Shown one piece after another: positions 60,620 to 64,000 of a stretch of DNA of 64,000 nucleotides. Source of the DNA: Anthoceros angustus (Eukaryota; Plantae; Anthocerotophyta); the NCBI GenBank assembly GCA_010909165.1, contig MU008163.1, forward strand, positions 310,001 to 374,000. Reading direction: 5' to 3'. The notes under the pieces are model-generated. The model was given only the letters and a program-made list of their open reading frames with translations. It made no database searches and was not told where the DNA came from. Position 1 is the first letter of the stretch. Every line of letters starts with the position of its first letter. Both the position numbers and the translations under genes were made by a program.

Positions 60620-61918
60620 TGAAGATGGACATCTTGCCAACTCTCTTTTTCATAATGTCCTGAAGAAATGTGGCTGAAAAAGGGGAATCTCTTGGACACG
60701 GAGCTGTGCAACTACATCCCGCGAACGTGTTGGTAGCGACTCTTCAGGCTTGTGCAAGGGGAGCAGACTTTTAATCTGGACCGGACCGCAGGGGCATGCT
60801 GATGCGTTGTCAGTAGTTTCTTGGTGGACATGTATGCAAAGTGCGACAGCTTGGAAGACTCTCAAAGGGTGTTTGACGGTTTCTGCAAAGGATGTGGTGA
60901 CATGGAGTGCCATGACAGCTAAGTACCTGCAACAGGCGCCTGAAATGAACCTTCACGCGCATGAAAAGAACTTGAATTCTTAACTTACCAGCCCCACAAA
61001 TGATCTCCCTTTCCATCATCAGGTGGATCTGCCATTGAAAAAATCTGGATGTGGCGCATATCGTCTTTCCACATCGTCGAGAAAATCTCACTCTCGGAAG
61101 AAATCCTACCCCTAACCGAAAACTTATGCACCAGTCCTTCCATGTGTGTCCACCAGCTCTGGCCCGGCTGCTTCCGAGTCCCAACTCTTGCTCTTGTTTC
61201 CTGCATCTCCTGTGCCTACTGCCACATCTGGGAGTCGGTGTATGCCACTCAGGAAAGTGATGCCGTCGGGCTGTATGTCCTCCCTTCTCATTTTCTGAAC
61301 CAAGTCGAAGACCTCTTCACTGTCTCCTTGACGGGTGTACCTTGCAATCAGTGCACTCCAAGTGACAAACTCTCTTTTCGGGTGCGTCAGCCATACCCTC
61401 TGACTTTGTTTATCAAGCTGATGGCTCCAAGCAGATCAAGTAGAAGACCTCGGTCCTTAATTTGTGCACCAAGCTGCTTGCCCATATGTAAAGGTGCCAG
61501 TCGCGGAGGCTTGGTGAATGAAAGTCACCCCTTGTTCAAGACGATGATCGAGGATCATGGTATCATGCCAACCCTCGAGACCTACAACTCCGTGGTTGAT
61601 CTTTCTTGGGGGCTCTAGACGATTGGATGAGGCGCAGAGTGTGCTGCAAGCATGACTTTGAAGAACGATCCGGTTAGCTGCGTATCTTTGAAGAGTACCT
61701 GTAACAGTCACCACGCCGTGGAGAGGGGAAGACTGTGCTTCCACCGGCTCGTGGAGATGCAGTCACAGCTATTTGCTACTTACGTGCTGATGTCTCATGT
61801 TTACTCAAATGCTGGCAGATGGCAGGACGCGTGCAGTGTAGTACCAGACAGGAAGAGAAAACACCAGGGTGCCGAGAAGAAGCCGGCAACGGCGTCGATT
61901 GAAGTGAATCACAGTTAA
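60620..61918 (+). pseudogene. Chimeric PPR pseudogene: DYW:KP-type remnant (+) with an inverted SWW-type PPR fragment (-, ~60985-61460) inside
   Basis: The plus strand has LVDMYAKCDSLEDSQRVF, KDVVTWSAM, DHGIMPTLETYNSVVDL and YVLMSHVYSNAGRW...KKPATASIEV. The minus strand has FVTWSALIARYTRQG...QPDGITFLS and RKQPGQSWWTHMEGLVHKF. There are many disruptions. Confidence 0.75.
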
Positions 61919-62142
61919 AAATCTCGAAAACCAGTGAGGCCTAGTGCTTTGAAAAAACATATTTCATCGGAGTTTCTCGGTGTAGGAGCTGAGTTTCTCG
62001 ACAAGACCTACCCCAAGTCTATATATGGGGCCTAGGGCACAAGTTTAATTCCACTGACGATCGTCTCAGGTTGTTGCTTTTTGGAGCGGTTCCGATCTTC
62101 CGTGTGGAGCACTTTCGTGTTCATTCGGCACAGGAGTCGGTC

Positions 62143-64000
62143 ATGGCTCAGGTTCAAGCACAGTCCCCTCAGCCGGTTCCTCAGCCTGGAGCTGCGGCTC
62201 TCACTCTGTTCCTGGCCCCTCCTCTCTACGTGGGGGACCTAGAACCCAGTGTGTCCGAAGCTCATCTCTACGAGATCTTCAGGCAGATTGGGGAAATTGT
62301 CTCTATTCGAGTCTGTCGTGATGGCATGACCCGACGCTCGCTGGAGTATGCTTATGTGAACTACAGGAGTGCTAACGATGCAATGCGCGCCCTGGATGTC
62401 CTGAACTTCACCCCTGTGAGAGGGAAACCTATTCGGATTATGTATTCGAATAGGGACTCTAGTATTCGGAAGAGCGGAGCTGCCAACATCTTCATCAAGA
62501 ACCTAGACAAGTCCCTTGATAGCAGAGCTCTCTATGATACATTCATAAACTTCGGGTCAATCCTCTCCTGCAAGGTGGCCACCGATGATTCAGGCCAATC
62601 CAGAGGATATGGGTTTGTGCAGTTCGAGCAGGACGAGGATGCCCAAACTGCCATTGTAAACGTGAACGGCATGTTGTTGAAGGACAAGCAAGTGTTTGTG
62701 GGCCCGTTTGTGCGGCGTCAGGAGAGGGATCAAGCTAGTGGTGCGTCCAAGTTCAACAATGTCTATGTGAAGAACCTTGCTGAGAGCACAACCGATGAGG
62801 AGCTGAGGAAGATCTTTGGAGCTCATGGCAACATTGCCAGTGCTGTCGTAATGCGGGATGTTGAAGGGAAGTCGAAATGCTTTGGGTTTGTCAACTTCGA
62901 ACTCGCAGAGGATGCTGCGAGAGCTGTGGCTGAGCTGAATGGAATGCAGTCCGATGATAGGGAGTGGTATGTTGGAAGAGCCCAGAAGAAATCTGAGAGA
63001 GAGGCAGACCTGCGTGCTAAGTTTGAGCGCGAACGGCAGGAGAGGATTGACAAGTACCAGGGTGTGAATCTGTACCTTAAGCACCTGGACGACAACATGG
63101 ATGAAGAGAAGTTGGAAGAGTTGTTTGCAGATTTCGGCACCATAACCTCATGCAAGGTTATGAGAGACCCTCAGGGTAGGAGTAGGGGTTCGGGATTTGT
63201 GGCATTTTCAGCCCCAGAGGAGGCCACCCGTGCGATGTATGAAATGAATGGCCGAATGGTGGGAACAAAGCCCCTGTATGTGGCTTTGGCCCAGCGAAAG
63301 GAAGAGCGCAGGGCAATGTTAACGCAGCAGGCACAATTTGCTCCAATGCGAGCACCAGTTGGAGTTGGTCCTGCTGTGCCAGCTACTAGCATGCCCATGT
63401 ACCATCCTGCCCCTGGATTGGGACAGCAGATCTTCAATGGGCAGCACCCACCTGGGATCATCCCTCCTCAGCCTACGCATGCGCAATTTGGTTGCGAGCA
63501 GCAGATCTTCAATGGGCAGCACCCACCTGGGATCATCCCTCCTCAGCCCACGCATGCGCAATTTGGTTGCGAGCAGCAGATCTTCAATGGGCAGCACCCA
63601 CCTGGGATCATCCCTCCTCAGCCTACGCATGCGCAATTTGGTTGCGAGCAGCAGATCTTCTATGGGCAGCACTCACCTTGGATCATCCCTCCTCAGCCTA
63701 CGCATGCGCAATTTGGTTGCGAGCAGCAGATCTTCAATGGGCAGCACCCACCTGGGATCATCCCTCCTCAGCCTACGCATGCGCAATTTGGTTGCGAGCA
63801 GCAGATCTTCTATGGGCAGCACTCACCTTGGATCATCCCTCCTCAGCCTACGCAGTTTGGTGACCATCAGCAGATGATGAGGATGAGCCATGGTCCTGGA
63901 GAGGCTCAAATGCAGCCTAACTCCTTTGTACCAGTTGCTCAACGGCGCCGACGCCAGCGAGGGAAGCGTGCTGGTGGGGGGAGAGGTACTAGAGCTCCAC
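62143..64000 (+). CDS. PABP: Cytoplasmic poly(A)-binding protein, intronless, 3' partial
   Basis: The ATG is at 62143. Four RRMs are present ([61 protein letters not shown]). The frame is open to the window end, so this gene is absent from the ORF track. Confidence 0.93.
   Translation, partial: MAQVQAQSPQPVPQPGAAALTLFLAPPLYVGDLEPSVSEAHLYEIFRQIGEIVSIRVCRDGMTRRSLEYAYVNYRSANDAMRALDVLNFTPVRGKPIRIMYSNRDSSIRKSGAANIFIKNLDKSLDSRALYDTFINFGSILSCKVATDDSGQSRGYGFVQFEQDEDAQTAIVNVNGMLLKDKQVFVGPFVRRQERDQASGASKFNNVYVKNLAESTTDEELRKIFGAHGNIASAVVMRDVEGKSKCFGFVNFELAEDAARAVAELNGMQSDDREWYVGRAQKKSEREADLRAKFERERQERIDKYQGVNLYLKHLDDNMDEEKLEELFADFGTITSCKVMRDPQGRSRGSGFVAFSAPEEATRAMYEMNGRMVGTKPLYVALAQRKEERRAMLTQQAQFAPMRAPVGVGPAVPATSMPMYHPAPGLGQQIFNGQHPPGIIPPQPTHAQFGCEQQIFNGQHPPGIIPPQPTHAQFGCEQQIFNGQHPPGIIPPQPTHAQFGCEQQIFYGQHSPWIIPPQPTHAQFGCEQQIFNGQHPPGIIPPQPTHAQFGCEQQIFYGQHSPWIIPPQPTQFGDHQQMMRMSHGPGEAQMQPNSFVPVAQRRRRQRGKRAGGGRGTRAP
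63424..63853 (+). repeat. 75-bp in-frame tandem repeat (~5.7 copies) in the PABP linker
   Basis: Units start at 63424, 63499, 63574, 63649, 63724 and 63799, encoding QQIF(N/Y)GQH(P/S)P(G/W)[14 protein letters not shown]. Confidence 0.95.

Noticed and set aside
63424-63853. 75-bp repeats as a CRISPR array or non-coding satellite
   Set aside because: There are no spacers, and the units are in frame inside the PABP CDS.

Overview
This is plant nuclear DNA, probably from a hornwort or a related seed-free lineage with reverse (U-to-C) organellar editing. That assignment is inferred from DRH-ending DYW:KP and SWW-type PPR tails, extended L motifs, introns of about 80-160 bp and tight gene packing. 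Bases 1-23 kb are gene-dense. They hold four PLS-class PPR genes, an alpha/beta hydrolase, NUDX19, the complex I 20.9-kDa subunit, an intronless uridine kinase-like gene, a CRE-like non-LTR fragment and RPL35a. One PPR ends in a complete DYW:KP (DRH) deaminase and three are E+ truncated. Two of them carry an N-terminal OSB-type PDF ssDNA-binding motif. After a 309-nt N gap, 24-58.9 kb is a decaying accessory block. It contains Copia remnants, a TSD-flanked Copia inserted into an arginine decarboxylase (ADC) 5' remnant, a tRNA-Val pseudogene and PPR debris. It also holds about three tandem copies of an ~8.5-kb unit (block B + unknown-gene block A + PPR fragment C + divergent ADC). One unit contains a microhomology-joined mosaic that may be an assembly artefact. 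The window ends with an AT-rich decayed repeat region, a chimeric PPR pseudogene and an intronless PABP with a 75-bp in-frame tandem repeat that runs off the end. The best lead is the PDF-PPR-DYW:KP fusion, with a second, differently built PDF-PPR gene 13 kb away. All splice models, repeat periods and alignments were read by eye.
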